Made by a program: the position numbers and the translations under genes. Under the pieces are notes generated by a model. That model was not told where the DNA came from. It did no database searches and worked only from the letters and a program-made list of their open reading frames with translations. A stretch of DNA of 60,487 bases from an uncultured Alcanivoracaceae bacterium (GTDB lineage: Bacteria > Pseudomonadota > Gammaproteobacteria > Xanthomonadales > Marinicellaceae). Shown one piece after another: positions 24,056-34,279 of this stretch (position 1 is its first letter; every line of letters starts with the position of its first letter). Location: NCBI GenBank assembly GCA_947311585.1, contig CAMZLQ010000038.1, positions 1 to 60,487 on the forward strand. Direction: 5' to 3'.

Positions 24056-26425
24056 TTATTCAAAACTATTCTTAAATAAAATATCGCTGACAGGGATGTT
24101 GGCTTTTTGAACCCCTGTTCCTGGTGACCATGCCCATATTTTATCATCAATTGATAGTTGTATAATTCCTGCATAATTCCATGCCATTCCATTATTTGCT
24201 GAGTGCCATGTGTTTCCATCATCTGTTGAAAATTGTATACCTGATGAATCAACATTTGCACCTGAATGGTAGGATGCGGAGGCTGTAGCATAAATTATAC
24301 TTGAATCATTGGGTGAAATAGCAACGCCACGCATATAATCATCAGTCAATAATTTTTCCCATGAGTTTCCCATATCATCAGAACGATAGAGTCCTTTTGC
24401 CGTTCCATAAGAAGTGACGTAAACACGGTTGGGAAGATTTGGATCTGTTTTGATTTCAAAAACACCTTGCCATGCTTGAACGCCAGCGCCGTCTTCTGAA
24501 TAGGTTGGTACGATGTCAGGACGCATATTGGTTAAATTCCCTTGCATCTCAACTTGGAATTGAGCACCTATTTGTGTCCAACTCGTTCCAGCATTTGTCG
24601 AGCGAAACAACCCAGCCTCTCCTCCTGCATAAACCAATTGGGGGTTAAAATTATCAACACGAGTGAACTTCAATCCACCATTAGCATAGATCATTGTCCA
24701 TGAATTTCCATCATTTACTGATTTATACACATCTCCAGCAACTGTCATGTACATTGTTCGATTTGTACTTAAACTATTCTTATCAATGGATAACCCATAC
24801 ATCCGAATAGAATCATTATACACAGGCAACCCTGTGGTAATTAACTGCCAATTTTCTCCATAATCATTGCTCTTAAATAAACCTGTGGGATAATTATATT
24901 GCCCTTCACTAAAAGATGCCCACACCACATTTTGCCTTGTTGGGTCACTAATAATTGTGGCAACATTAGCCCCTGTCCCTTCATTTCGACCAGGCACTTG
25001 TGAACTTCCGTCATAACTGTCCCAAATATAATTTTCATATTGCTGTAAGTCTGGCAGTATTTGTTTCCATGAAAGCCCTGCATTTTTTGATTGCCAAAAA
25101 CCGATATCATATCCTCCCATATAGACAACATCAGAATTTGATTGATTGACTTCAATGGCGTTGCCATTGATATTTTCTAAACCCGTTGAGAGCCAATAAT
25201 CAGGGCTTATTTCTTTAGATGAAATATTATTAATGGTATCACCACCATCATTCGAGTACCATGCCCACTGACCAAAAGAAGCATACATTTTATTAGAGTT
25301 AAACTTGTCTTTGGTTACGGTTTTAGTTATACCGTTGTAACTCCATGAAAATGCCAGCCACGGCTGTATTCTATAGCCCCTAAACCAATTCAGGATTGAG
25401 CCTGTATGTTGCCAACTTGTTCCACCATTTATTGTAGTAAATGTGCCCACTTGGTTCTCTGCCACATTACCATAATCATTAAAATACTCCATCATTGATA
25501 AGATATTGACAACTTTAATATGATTGGGATTGTCAAAATCCACATTTATTATCCCTGTTTCACTACCTATTTGATTGAAAGAAACTCCGCCTGTGGTGCT
25601 TTTATAAAGTTCTCCAGAAGTCCAATCACCGCCTACAAAGTCTTCAAAACCAAAATTTTCAAAATCATTCGGGTTAGTAGGGCAAGCATTGGCAACAAAG
25701 GTTGAGGCAAAAATAATTTGGGTGTCGGCTGGATTCAAATCAAAATCCATTACTGCACCTATTGATGTGGCGATATGTGACCAATTAACACCTCCATCTA
25801 CTGACTTATATAAAGCAGGTGTTGAACAACTAAAACGAGATTTTCCCGCTAGAGCATAGACAATATTTTCATCGCTAGGATGAACCATAAGTTTAACAAT
25901 ACGCAATCCACCAGGTAAATTTTCATTTGCAACTGGATTCCATGTTATACCTGCATCTAAGGATTTATAAACCTCACCATCAGTTGATCCTGCATTTGAA
26001 TGGTATGTGATGTAGACAATATTAGCATTTGAGTGAGAAAAAACTATGTCTTCAATATAAGGGTAAGACTCACTTGCCACATCTGGTGCCAATACCAAAT
26101 CAAAACTTTGCCCTCCATCATCTGTTCTATAAGCACCATTATAAGTACCAATAATAAAAATATTACCATCTATTGGATGAAAACCAAGGGAACTGATATG
26201 AGTCTCATGAATATTATTATTCCATCCAGATACACGCCAACTATCCCCATCATCGTCACTAAGGTAAATACCACTTAAATCAGAGGCAGAAATTATCGTT
26301 CCACTTGCCGTTGCACCAACAACAGCAATCGCTCCACCACCACCAGGATTGGTTCGAGTCCAAGCATGTTGTGAAAAACTTTTGAAACAAACAACCAACA
26401 AACATAATACTGTAAACTTTTTCAT
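24056..26425 (-). CDS. secreted BNR/Asp-box repeat protein (sortilin/VPS10- or GH74-like double propeller)
   Basis: 789 aa with a signal peptide. About 11 SxDxGxxW Asp-boxes, e.g. SDDDGDSW, SLDAGITW, SVDGGVNW, TINGGTSW, SKNAGLSW, SNDYGENW, SVNDGNSW, STNAGTSW, SDDMGNSW, STDDGNTW. Confidence 0.75.
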   Translation of the reverse strand: MKKFTVLCLLVVCFKSFSQHAWTRTNPGGGGAIAVVGATASGTIISASDLSGIYLSDDDGDSWRVSGWNNNIHETHISSLGFHPIDGNIFIIGTYNGAYRTDDGGQSFDLVLAPDVASESYPYIEDIVFSHSNANIVYITYHSNAGSTDGEVYKSLDAGITWNPVANENLPGGLRIVKLMVHPSDENIVYALAGKSRFSCSTPALYKSVDGGVNWSHIATSIGAVMDFDLNPADTQIIFASTFVANACPTNPNDFENFGFEDFVGGDWTSGELYKSTTGGVSFNQIGSETGIINVDFDNPNHIKVVNILSMMEYFNDYGNVAENQVGTFTTINGGTSWQHTGSILNWFRGYRIQPWLAFSWSYNGITKTVTKDKFNSNKMYASFGQWAWYSNDGGDTINNISSKEISPDYWLSTGLENINGNAIEVNQSNSDVVYMGGYDIGFWQSKNAGLSWKQILPDLQQYENYIWDSYDGSSQVPGRNEGTGANVATIISDPTRQNVVWASFSEGQYNYPTGLFKSNDYGENWQLITTGLPVYNDSIRMYGLSIDKNSLSTNRTMYMTVAGDVYKSVNDGNSWTMIYANGGLKFTRVDNFNPQLVYAGGEAGLFRSTNAGTSWTQIGAQFQVEMQGNLTNMRPDIVPTYSEDGAGVQAWQGVFEIKTDPNLPNRVYVTSYGTAKGLYRSDDMGNSWEKLLTDDYMRGVAISPNDSSIIYATASASYHSGANVDSSGIQFSTDDGNTWHSANNGMAWNYAGIIQLSIDDKIWAWSPGTGVQKANIPVSDILFKNSFE

Positions 26426-26550
26426 GGGATAAATATTAACATAACCTTAGATAAGAAAATGTTAAATAGTTTAAAAAGATAGAGTAATTTAATTTTTACA
26501 TCGCTAAAAATAAGATTATGGAAAAAATAAAAATCAAATAAAACATTCAT

Positions 26551-26584
26551 AAAAAAACCTGTGAGGTCAAATTCACAGGTTTTA
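26551..26584 (-). terminator. Rho-independent terminator after the cyclophilin gene
   Basis: Stem ACCTGTGA (26557-26564) / TCACAGGT (26573-26580). On the minus strand it is followed by a T-run (plus-strand A-run 26551-26556). Confidence 0.75.
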
Positions 26585-26621
26585 TGTTGTATCATCAAGC
26601 TAATTGTTGCAAATAAATTAC

Positions 26622-27125
26622 TTATTCCTCAAGTATTTTATTCCACTCATCAACTCTGGCTTGTTGGGATGCCAATAAATCAGTGGCATCTCCTTGAATA
26701 GATATGGATTTAATTTCATCTCCACCAGCAATGGCATTGACAATATCCATATCAGCATCACTTTGGACAGCGCCGAAAACAGAATGCTTACCATCCAACC
26801 AAGGGGTTGGCTCATGAGTAACAAAAAATTGTGAACCATTGGTACCTGGACCTGCATTTGCCATGGATAGAACTCCTGGTTTGTCGTGCTTTAAACTGGC
26901 ATCAAACTCGTCTTCAAAACGGTAGCCAGGCCCACCTGTTCCTGTTCCTAAAGGACAACCACCTTGAATCATAAAGTTTGGAATCACGCGGTGGAACGAC
27001 ACATTATCGTAAAATCCATTTTGTGCCAAGTTAACGAAGTTAGCTACGGTAAGAGGGGTTTGTTCTGGTGTTAAGACCAAGTTGATATCGCCTTTATTTG
27101 TGTGAATTACTGCTTTTAAAGTCAT
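26622..27125 (-). CDS. cyclophilin-type peptidyl-prolyl cis-trans isomerase
   Basis: 167 aa. [13 protein letters not shown] and [15 protein letters not shown] signatures. No signal peptide. Confidence 0.95.
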   Translation of the reverse strand: MTLKAVIHTNKGDINLVLTPEQTPLTVANFVNLAQNGFYDNVSFHRVIPNFMIQGGCPLGTGTGGPGYRFEDEFDASLKHDKPGVLSMANAGPGTNGSQFFVTHEPTPWLDGKHSVFGAVQSDADMDIVNAIAGGDEIKSISIQGDATDLLASQQARVDEWNKILEE

Positions 27126-27268
27126 TTTTTTCTCTTGTTTTCTAAATTATTTAGGATATGGTGTCTAATTCTTGATTTCCAAGTGAAAATTTTTCAAATC
27201 TGTCAATTTACTGTATAATTTTAATTAGTTATGTTACTTTATAAATACCACTAGCTAGGTTTTATCAA

Positions 27269-29824
27269 ATGAGGAATAATAATAATAAACAAAATTTAAT
27301 AAAAACCAACCAATTAGAGCTGCTATACACGTCCTTACCTTCGACACAAATTGGCATGTTTCTAGCTGGCAGTATTTTAGTATTTGTGATGTACAACCAC
27401 ATCTCCCACAACACCTTGTTTGTGTGGTTTTTTTGTTTAATCCTATCCATACTATACCGCTTAAAGCTCTGGCAGCAATTTAATAAATACAAAGGACATA
27501 AAACCTCCACGTGGAAAACAAAATTCAACTTTGGTATTTTTTTATCTGGCTTAGTTTGGGGCAGTGCTTCCTTGTTTTTATTTCCTGACGATTCAGTCTA
27601 TTACCAAGTCTTCTTACAGATAACACTGACAGGAATGATTGCTGTATCTATTGGCATTTTATCAACAAGTCTCTCCAGTATAATGATTTTTAGTTCCTTG
27701 CTATTACCGCCAATTATATACAACAGTCTTTCGATTAACAGTATTTTAGGATTTCCTCTAATTACACTTATTCTTATTTATTTAATTATATCCCTTATGT
27801 CGAGCAGCCGCTTAAAGAGAAGCTTTAATGAAAATCTCATTCTTAAAATTTCTGGGCTTAAAAAGGATATTGCACTTAAAGAAAGTGAAGAAAAATACCG
27901 CTTACTCTTTGAAAACTCCGAAGACCCCATGATGATTTTTGCTGAAATGAAAATACTTATGGCTAATCACGCAACCGTAAATTTTTTTGGTTACCAATCA
28001 TTGGAACAAATTCTCACGGTTCCCCCCTTAGATTTATCACCCAAATACCAACCCGATGGGCTACTCTCAATTGAAAAAGTATTATTGATTGATGACATTG
28101 TAAAAACAAAAGGAAGCCATCGATTTGAATGGCTTTATAAAAAACGAAGTGGTGATAAATTGTATTCCGATGTCACACTGAGTATCATACCTTTTGAAGG
28201 GAAAAAAGCCATTTTATGTGTTGTCAGAGATATTTCTAAAACAAAAAAGATTCAGGAAGATTTAATCGATGCACAAAAAAAAGCAGAATACGCTAATCAA
28301 GTAAAATCAGAGTTTTTAGCCAACATGAGCCACGAAATAAGAACGCCAATGAATGGAATTGTTGGCATGACTAACTTATTATTGCAACACAATTTAGATT
28401 CTGATCAATACCGACGGGCTGGGATTATTAAACAAAGTGCTGAATCATTAATTGATATTGTAAATGATATTTTGGATTTTTCAAAAATTGAAGCAGGCCA
28501 ATTAAAGATTGAGAATCACCAATTCAACTTGATGCAATTAATCGACAATATCACCTCCTCAATGCACAGCCGGATTGCCCAAAAAAAATTACATTTTATC
28601 TCACCGCAAAACAACTCAAACCTTAATATTTGGTTGGAAGCCGATGCAGGTCGAATTAAACAAATACTGACAAATTTACTGGACAATGCCATTAAGTTTA
28701 CCGAAAAAGGAAAAGTCATATTTTCTTGCACCCTATCAAACTTCAAGGATTCTTATTGTTTGGTGCAATTTAATGTTACCGACACAGGCATAGGTCTATC
28801 GCAACCACAAATGAAACAAATTTTTGAACGATTTTCACAAGCCGATAGCACCACAACCCGAAAATACGGAGGTACAGGCCTTGGCTTAAGTATAAGCAAA
28901 CAACTCTCGCAACTCATGGGAGGAGATATTAAAGTAAAAAGTCGACTAGGTAGAGGGACAAATTTTAGGTTCTCGTTCAAAGCAAAAGTAAATGATTCGC
29001 ATAAGCCCGAAGATTTATTACCAGCGGTTCCTTCATCATCAATCAAACAGTTTAACGCAACAATACTTGTTGTCGATGACAATGAAGTTAATCAGACTGT
29101 TGCTCAAGACATGTTAGAAACTTTTGGTTTAAAAGTAAAAATTACAAATAATGGAAAAAAAGCCATTAAGCTGTTAACAAAGCATCATTTTGATCTTGTT
29201 TTCATGGATTGTCAAATGCCTATTATGGATGGTTACGAAGCCACGCAGCACATCAGAAATGCAAAACAAACCGTGTTAAACCCCAATATTCCTATAATTG
29301 CCATGACGGCCAATGCTTTACATGGAGATGAGCAAAAATGTTATGATGCTGGCATGGATGATTACCTAGCAAAACCTTTTGATTTAGCAACCTTACTCAC
29401 CATTTTAACCGACTGGCTAAATACCAAGCACAAAAACAAACCACGCCCAAATCTTCAAAAAGAAGATTTAAAAGAATTAACAAGCTCTTCCCTGTTCGAT
29501 GCTTCGTCGTTATTGAACAAATTAAGCGGAAACACCACTGTAATGAAATCAGTTATAAAACAATTTTTACTCAATATTGAAGAGTTTATAAATGAAATTA
29601 AAAAAATAGAAAAATCCAGCAACACCGAAGAATTAAAAAAACTGATCCATAAGGTAAAAGGCTCAGCAGCCACTGTTGACTGTATTCGATTGAGTCAATT
29701 AGCTATGGAGTTAGAAAACCTTTGCCACACTAAAAGCAAAACATCAATAAAACCAGCCATTGAAAACTTATTAAGCTGCCTAAGAGAAACCAGAACAGTA
29801 CTTAACCTCTCAATAAATCAATAA
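27269..29824 (+). CDS. hybrid sensor histidine kinase (multi-TM sensor - PAS - HisKA - HATPase - REC - Hpt)
   Basis: 851 aa. H-box SHEIRTPMNG. N/G boxes DNAIKFT, DTGIGL, GGTGLGLSIS. Receiver DLVFMDCQMPIMDG ... K in DDYLAKP. Hpt HKVKGSAATV. Confidence 0.9.
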   Translation: MRNNNNKQNLIKTNQLELLYTSLPSTQIGMFLAGSILVFVMYNHISHNTLFVWFFCLILSILYRLKLWQQFNKYKGHKTSTWKTKFNFGIFLSGLVWGSASLFLFPDDSVYYQVFLQITLTGMIAVSIGILSTSLSSIMIFSSLLLPPIIYNSLSINSILGFPLITLILIYLIISLMSSSRLKRSFNENLILKISGLKKDIALKESEEKYRLLFENSEDPMMIFAEMKILMANHATVNFFGYQSLEQILTVPPLDLSPKYQPDGLLSIEKVLLIDDIVKTKGSHRFEWLYKKRSGDKLYSDVTLSIIPFEGKKAILCVVRDISKTKKIQEDLIDAQKKAEYANQVKSEFLANMSHEIRTPMNGIVGMTNLLLQHNLDSDQYRRAGIIKQSAESLIDIVNDILDFSKIEAGQLKIENHQFNLMQLIDNITSSMHSRIAQKKLHFISPQNNSNLNIWLEADAGRIKQILTNLLDNAIKFTEKGKVIFSCTLSNFKDSYCLVQFNVTDTGIGLSQPQMKQIFERFSQADSTTTRKYGGTGLGLSISKQLSQLMGGDIKVKSRLGRGTNFRFSFKAKVNDSHKPEDLLPAVPSSSIKQFNATILVVDDNEVNQTVAQDMLETFGLKVKITNNGKKAIKLLTKHHFDLVFMDCQMPIMDGYEATQHIRNAKQTVLNPNIPIIAMTANALHGDEQKCYDAGMDDYLAKPFDLATLLTILTDWLNTKHKNKPRPNLQKEDLKELTSSSLFDASSLLNKLSGNTTVMKSVIKQFLLNIEEFINEIKKIEKSSNTEELKKLIHKVKGSAATVDCIRLSQLAMELENLCHTKSKTSIKPAIENLLSCLRETRTVLNLSINQ

Positions 29825-29835
29825 ATCACCAAAAA

Positions 29836-31287
29836 TCAAGCTTCTTTTGGTAAAGAAAAATAAAAGGCACTGCCTTTGTTTAACTTACTTTTTACTCGGA
29901 TGGTGGCATGATGAATGTCTAAAATCTTTTTGACAATTGCCAACCCAAGCCCAGATGAATTGGCTGAATCCTTTGAGGTGTTTTCTGCTCGGTAAAGACG
30001 ATTAAAAATATTTGGCAGCTCTTTTTCGCTAATTCCTCTGCCATTATCTTGGATAATAATTTTAAACCCATCACCAGAATCTTCTAGTTTAATAATGACA
30101 TCGCCATGATTGGGTGTGTGTTTAATGGCATTGCCAATAAGGTTTTCGAGCACTCGTTGCATTAAACCAATATCAGCCATTACATTTGTATTGCCTTTTA
30201 ATAAATCCATTTTTAACTCCACTTTTTTAGCTTGCGCCTGTGGAATAAACTCAAGACTGACATCTTGAATCAATTCTGCCATCGAAAAAACCTCAAGATG
30301 GGGTTTAATAATATTAGAATCCAGTTTAGAAAGTTCAAACAAGTCATTTATCATCGCACCTAAGCGACCGCAGTGTTTTCGTGCAATAGATAAATAATGA
30401 CTGGTTGTCTGTTTATCCATGTTATCCTGCTTAATTAACAGCGTGTCTAAATAACCTTGCATTGAAGCCAGTGGCGTTCTTAAATCATGTGAAACATTTG
30501 AAATTAAATCTCGTCGTATTTTATCTGCATTGTGTATTTGCTGTAATTGATTTTCAATTCGTTTTGCCATATCACTAAAGGCATGGTTTAATTGTTGAAT
30601 CTCATCGCCGTCATAATTGCCAGTTTCTTCATCCGATGTCTGTTGAAAATGCACAACTTTATTACGCAGCTGTATAAGAGGTCTGGTTAATTTCATCAAC
30701 ATCAACATACCAATGAAAAAAGCCAATAAAACAACAGCCACTATTGCCACAATAGTTAACTTCATGATATAGGTTTTGCTGATATGACTGGCAAGCTCTT
30801 CGTATTTTTTACCGCCAAGAATCACGTAAATATAACCCTCAAAAACTCCTTTATTAATAATTTTGGCAGCAGAGAACGCTTTTTCATGTTCCGGTGAACG
30901 GGGATCCAAGTCAAGTAATGGACGATTGGAACCCTCCTTTAAAAACTCATTTATTGGCGCTAATGGAACTTTTTTAAGCACCACGGTTTCTGTTGGTAAA
31001 TTATGGCTGATAATATTTCCCAACTTATCCAACAAGTAAACCTCGACAGTCGGATTGATAACCATTGAGCGTTGAGCCAGTTTTTTCAATGCCTTTTTAT
31101 TATAGATGCCATTTTCTATTAACGGCTCTTCTGCAGCCACATACATAGCAATCGAACCGTTGAGTCTTTGGGTCATTTCTAGGTTGTATTGAACGGTGGC
31201 ATAACGAGTAATTACCGCTAATGAAACACCCACAACAATAAACAGTGAAAGCAATAACAATGAGAGTCTTTTATTGAGTGATTTCAT
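29836..31287 (-). CDS. two-component sensor histidine kinase (2 TM, HAMP, HisKA, HATPase_c)
   Basis: 483 aa. H-box SHDLRTPLAS. GNAIKHT, DNGRGI, GLGLAIV. Start overlaps the response regulator's stop by 4 nt. Confidence 0.9.
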   Translation of the reverse strand: MKSLNKRLSLLLLSLFIVVGVSLAVITRYATVQYNLEMTQRLNGSIAMYVAAEEPLIENGIYNKKALKKLAQRSMVINPTVEVYLLDKLGNIISHNLPTETVVLKKVPLAPINEFLKEGSNRPLLDLDPRSPEHEKAFSAAKIINKGVFEGYIYVILGGKKYEELASHISKTYIMKLTIVAIVAVVLLAFFIGMLMLMKLTRPLIQLRNKVVHFQQTSDEETGNYDGDEIQQLNHAFSDMAKRIENQLQQIHNADKIRRDLISNVSHDLRTPLASMQGYLDTLLIKQDNMDKQTTSHYLSIARKHCGRLGAMINDLFELSKLDSNIIKPHLEVFSMAELIQDVSLEFIPQAQAKKVELKMDLLKGNTNVMADIGLMQRVLENLIGNAIKHTPNHGDVIIKLEDSGDGFKIIIQDNGRGISEKELPNIFNRLYRAENTSKDSANSSGLGLAIVKKILDIHHATIRVKSKLNKGSAFYFSLPKEA

Positions 31288-32000
31288 TGCGAATCCATTT
31301 TTTTTGCGATAAATTTATAACCAACACCCCAAATGGTTTTAATGTATTTAAGGTTATCTGGATCCGTTTCGATTTTAGCACGCAAGCGATTCATGTGAGA
31401 ATTAACTGTGTGTTCGTAACCATCATGGCCGTACCCCCAAACCTGATCTAATAGTTGCGACCTTTTATAAACTTTATCAGGATTTGATGCAAAAAAGTGC
31501 AACAAGTCGAATTCTTTAGCCGTTAGCTCAATTTCCTTATTGTTAAAAACAACTCGCCTTTCATCCAGAACAATTTCGAGCCCATCAAATATTAAGGTAT
31601 TGTTTTTATTTTCAGAACTGTAACCATTAGTCACATCAAAGCGCCGCATCAAAGCCTTAACTCGAGCAACGAGCTCTAATACGCTAAAAGGTTTAGTCAA
31701 GTAGTCATCGGCTCCCGTCTCCAACCCAAACACACGATCTAACTCTGTGGATTTAGCCGTCAACATTAAAACAGGCGTGTAACTTCCTTGTGCTCGTAAT
31801 TGCCTGCAAATCTCAATGCCACCTTTACCAGGAAGGCGTAAATCAAGCACAATAACACTCCATTTCCGCGTTATTGCCAACTCCAAACCAGTAATGCCGT
31901 CACTTGCTATTTCAACCCTGTCACAAATTTCGGATAAATGCATTTTGACTAATTGTGCAATATCGTACTCGTCTTCAATTATTAATATTTTACTTTTGAT
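31284..32000 (-). CDS. OmpR-family response regulator (start assigned to a non-canonical ATC codon; the first ATG at 31943 would truncate the receiver)
   Basis: Receiver Asp in VIVLDLRLPG. wHTH IKTIWGVGYKF. The frame upstream of Met-31943 reads IKSKILIIEDEYDIAQLVK, the conserved receiver N-terminus. There is no in-frame ATG, GTG, TTG or CTG back to the TAA at 32070-32072. Confidence 0.75.
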   Translation of the reverse strand: MKSKILIIEDEYDIAQLVKMHLSEICDRVEIASDGITGLELAITRKWSVIVLDLRLPGKGGIEICRQLRAQGSYTPVLMLTAKSTELDRVFGLETGADDYLTKPFSVLELVARVKALMRRFDVTNGYSSENKNNTLIFDGLEIVLDERRVVFNNKEIELTAKEFDLLHFFASNPDKVYKRSQLLDQVWGYGHDGYEHTVNSHMNRLRAKIETDPDNLKYIKTIWGVGYKFIAKKMDSQ

Positions 32001-32188
32001 TTTGATTACCCTTTTGTTAGCTATATTAACAAATATTATAGTTGCAAAATTTGTCCATTTATCACTTATTTATAACAAATTTAAATATTCTGGCTTTTTT
32101 TTTACTTCCTTAAACAATAATTTAAGAAATAATCCCATTAATTTAATCAAAATGATAATATTAATTTCCTCTGTTTATTTTTAATGAA

Positions 32189-34102
32189 ATGTTTTCAAAC
32201 AAAACCTCAATCAAAAACAATACGTTAACTAAAGACAGCTATCAGTCGGATGTGTATCTGTACTTTTCCCGATGGCTCAAAAAAAACATGCAGGATTTTT
32301 TTGCTGATATTAAAGAAATATCAGGCAAAGAAAATCAAGATAACCAACAACTCCTTTCTGTAGAAATACATAAACTTAATATCCTGATTTCCTATTTGCG
32401 CACGATTAAGAATATTTTTATGCAATTTGAAAAAGGACACTACGACTTCTTTGATGAAAAGAGTATAAAACTAAGCTCAAATAAACAAGCCTTTAATGCG
32501 ATTGAAAAAGATGAAATAAATGAAAAACAATTACAAAACTGTTTAATACATAAATATGAAAAGAAAAATCTTGCAGTGCTTTTTCAATTTAAACAACAAT
32601 TATCATTACTTTACAACCAAAGTGTTGACTCCACTAAGCTCACACTTTCACCATTTGTTGTGGTATCGACATTTGCCAAGAGCATTAGGCTCTTACAATT
32701 GTCCTATAAAAACAAACTTATTTTGTACAAATCGTTTGAAAAATGCCTATTAAATCAGTTAAACACGGTGTACGAAGAAATTTTATCGCACTATTTCAAA
32801 CAAGAAAGCACCACTCATGATAAAAACCAAAAAACCCTAGCCACAGCCATTGACATAAAAAACCAGAACCACAGCCTTGAACAGATTGTTCAAGCTATCG
32901 GTATTGTACAAAACAGCGTATCTTTGAAAGACCCGCTTAAAATAAAGAATGCTTTTTTGTCTCAGTTACAGAAAAACAATAATCAATCATTAACACAAAT
33001 TGACAAAGACAACCTCAATTTAATCACCCTGTTATTTCAGAAAATTCAGAACAATAAACTTATCGAACAACCCATAAAGGAAACATTATCACGTCTGCAA
33101 CTAAGCTATATTATGTATGCCTTCTTTGATGAGGCCCTTCTACAAAACCACCAACATCCAGCCAAATTATTGTTAAACGAGATAAGTAATGCCTCTGAAA
33201 AATGGTCAAAACATAAAGATAAAAAGGCAAAATACTTAAAAGAACTTAAGCGCTTTATAAATACTATTATCACTGAGGATGCCGCTAGTATTGAATTTTT
33301 CAATCAAAAAATTCAAGTATTTAAAGCTATTGTTGCAGACTACCAGGAATTTTTTGCTCCACTCGAACCTCAAAATAACTCCGATGAAGGTCGCAACAAA
33401 ATCATCACTGCTATGAAAACAATAGATGCTCTTTTAGATCATAAAAGTGAGGAATATAATACCCCAGAGTACCTAAATAAGATATTGCGCACACCGTGGA
33501 AAAACTTATTAGTGTTACTTTTAGTAAGGCACTCTAATTCATCAAATGAATACCTGGAGATGATTAATTTCATCGATGATTTATTTGCCTTATTAACTCC
33601 AAACAAACCTCAAATAGCCTTAGAGCAATCAATTTCAAAAGTTTGTGCAACTTTTGAAAAAGGCCTTAAACTTATCGCTTATCGAGATGACGATATTAGA
33701 GAACAATCTAAAGAGTTAAAAAAATTCATCTTAAATTACCACAAAAATCACACTAAAAAGAAAAACACTTCACTCAGAGATGACATCATTACCAAAATAC
33801 ACTCAAGTATTTCTCTTTTTAATAAATCCAACAAACCTAAAGTTGAAAAAAAAGTTGTCAATATCAATAAATTTTTAATGGAATTAAATAATGCCGATAA
33901 ACAGTTGGTTAGACCAATTTCTTATGGCACTTGGCTGAAATTCAAACACTCAAACGGTAAAATAATTGAGGCACAACTCTCGTGGATAAACCCCAAAACT
34001 GGTAGGTATTTATTTGTTAATAACAAGGGATTAAAAATCACAGATAAATCAGCCAAACAATTAGCTGATGGAATTAGAGATAATGATATTGTTATTAAAT
34101 AA
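32189..34102 (+). CDS. DUF1631-like protein (function unknown)
   Basis: 637 aa, helical and soluble. The C-terminal segment GTWLKFKHSNGKIIEAQLSWINPKTGRYLFVNNKGLKI resembles the conserved DUF1631 C-terminus. Assignment is from memory of the family pattern. Confidence 0.5.
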   Translation: MFSNKTSIKNNTLTKDSYQSDVYLYFSRWLKKNMQDFFADIKEISGKENQDNQQLLSVEIHKLNILISYLRTIKNIFMQFEKGHYDFFDEKSIKLSSNKQAFNAIEKDEINEKQLQNCLIHKYEKKNLAVLFQFKQQLSLLYNQSVDSTKLTLSPFVVVSTFAKSIRLLQLSYKNKLILYKSFEKCLLNQLNTVYEEILSHYFKQESTTHDKNQKTLATAIDIKNQNHSLEQIVQAIGIVQNSVSLKDPLKIKNAFLSQLQKNNNQSLTQIDKDNLNLITLLFQKIQNNKLIEQPIKETLSRLQLSYIMYAFFDEALLQNHQHPAKLLLNEISNASEKWSKHKDKKAKYLKELKRFINTIITEDAASIEFFNQKIQVFKAIVADYQEFFAPLEPQNNSDEGRNKIITAMKTIDALLDHKSEEYNTPEYLNKILRTPWKNLLVLLLVRHSNSSNEYLEMINFIDDLFALLTPNKPQIALEQSISKVCATFEKGLKLIAYRDDDIREQSKELKKFILNYHKNHTKKKNTSLRDDIITKIHSSISLFNKSNKPKVEKKVVNINKFLMELNNADKQLVRPISYGTWLKFKHSNGKIIEAQLSWINPKTGRYLFVNNKGLKITDKSAKQLADGIRDNDIVIK

Positions 34103-34279
34103 AGTGAGTATTTACAGGCTTCTTATTCACTAATTTTCATACAAATAACAGCAGTGACTTCCCCACTTTTTATAAAGCTCCTTAAGCTTGGTAGCTGAAC
34201 TAAACAGATCATTATGATAACGAGCAGAAATGGTCTAAACTTCCCTACTTTTCTCTGACGATTTAGCTGTTTTCACCGT

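Noticed and set aside
24841-25167. Many 60-150-aa ORFs in the supplied track lie nested inside, or antisense to, long well-supported genes. Examples: 1172-1441, 2539-2724, 3201-3386, 5225-5536, 6641-6922, 9028-9526, 10901-12320, 12934-15056, 17114-17338, 18635-18901, 20500-20846, 24049-24291, 24841-25167, 28516-29082, 35760-36213, 44074-45508, 47927-48739, 50322-51502, 53074-54839, 56461-57530, 59551-59787.
   Set aside because: Each is fully overlapped by a longer ORF with clear family motifs. None has a recognisable motif, SD or independent context. Low-complexity translations are typical of shadow frames in AT-rich DNA.
31816-32184. 122-aa plus-strand ORF opposite the response-regulator N-terminus.
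   Set aside because: It is antisense to the conserved receiver-domain coding sequence. Its I/L/N-rich translation is typical of an AT-rich shadow frame.
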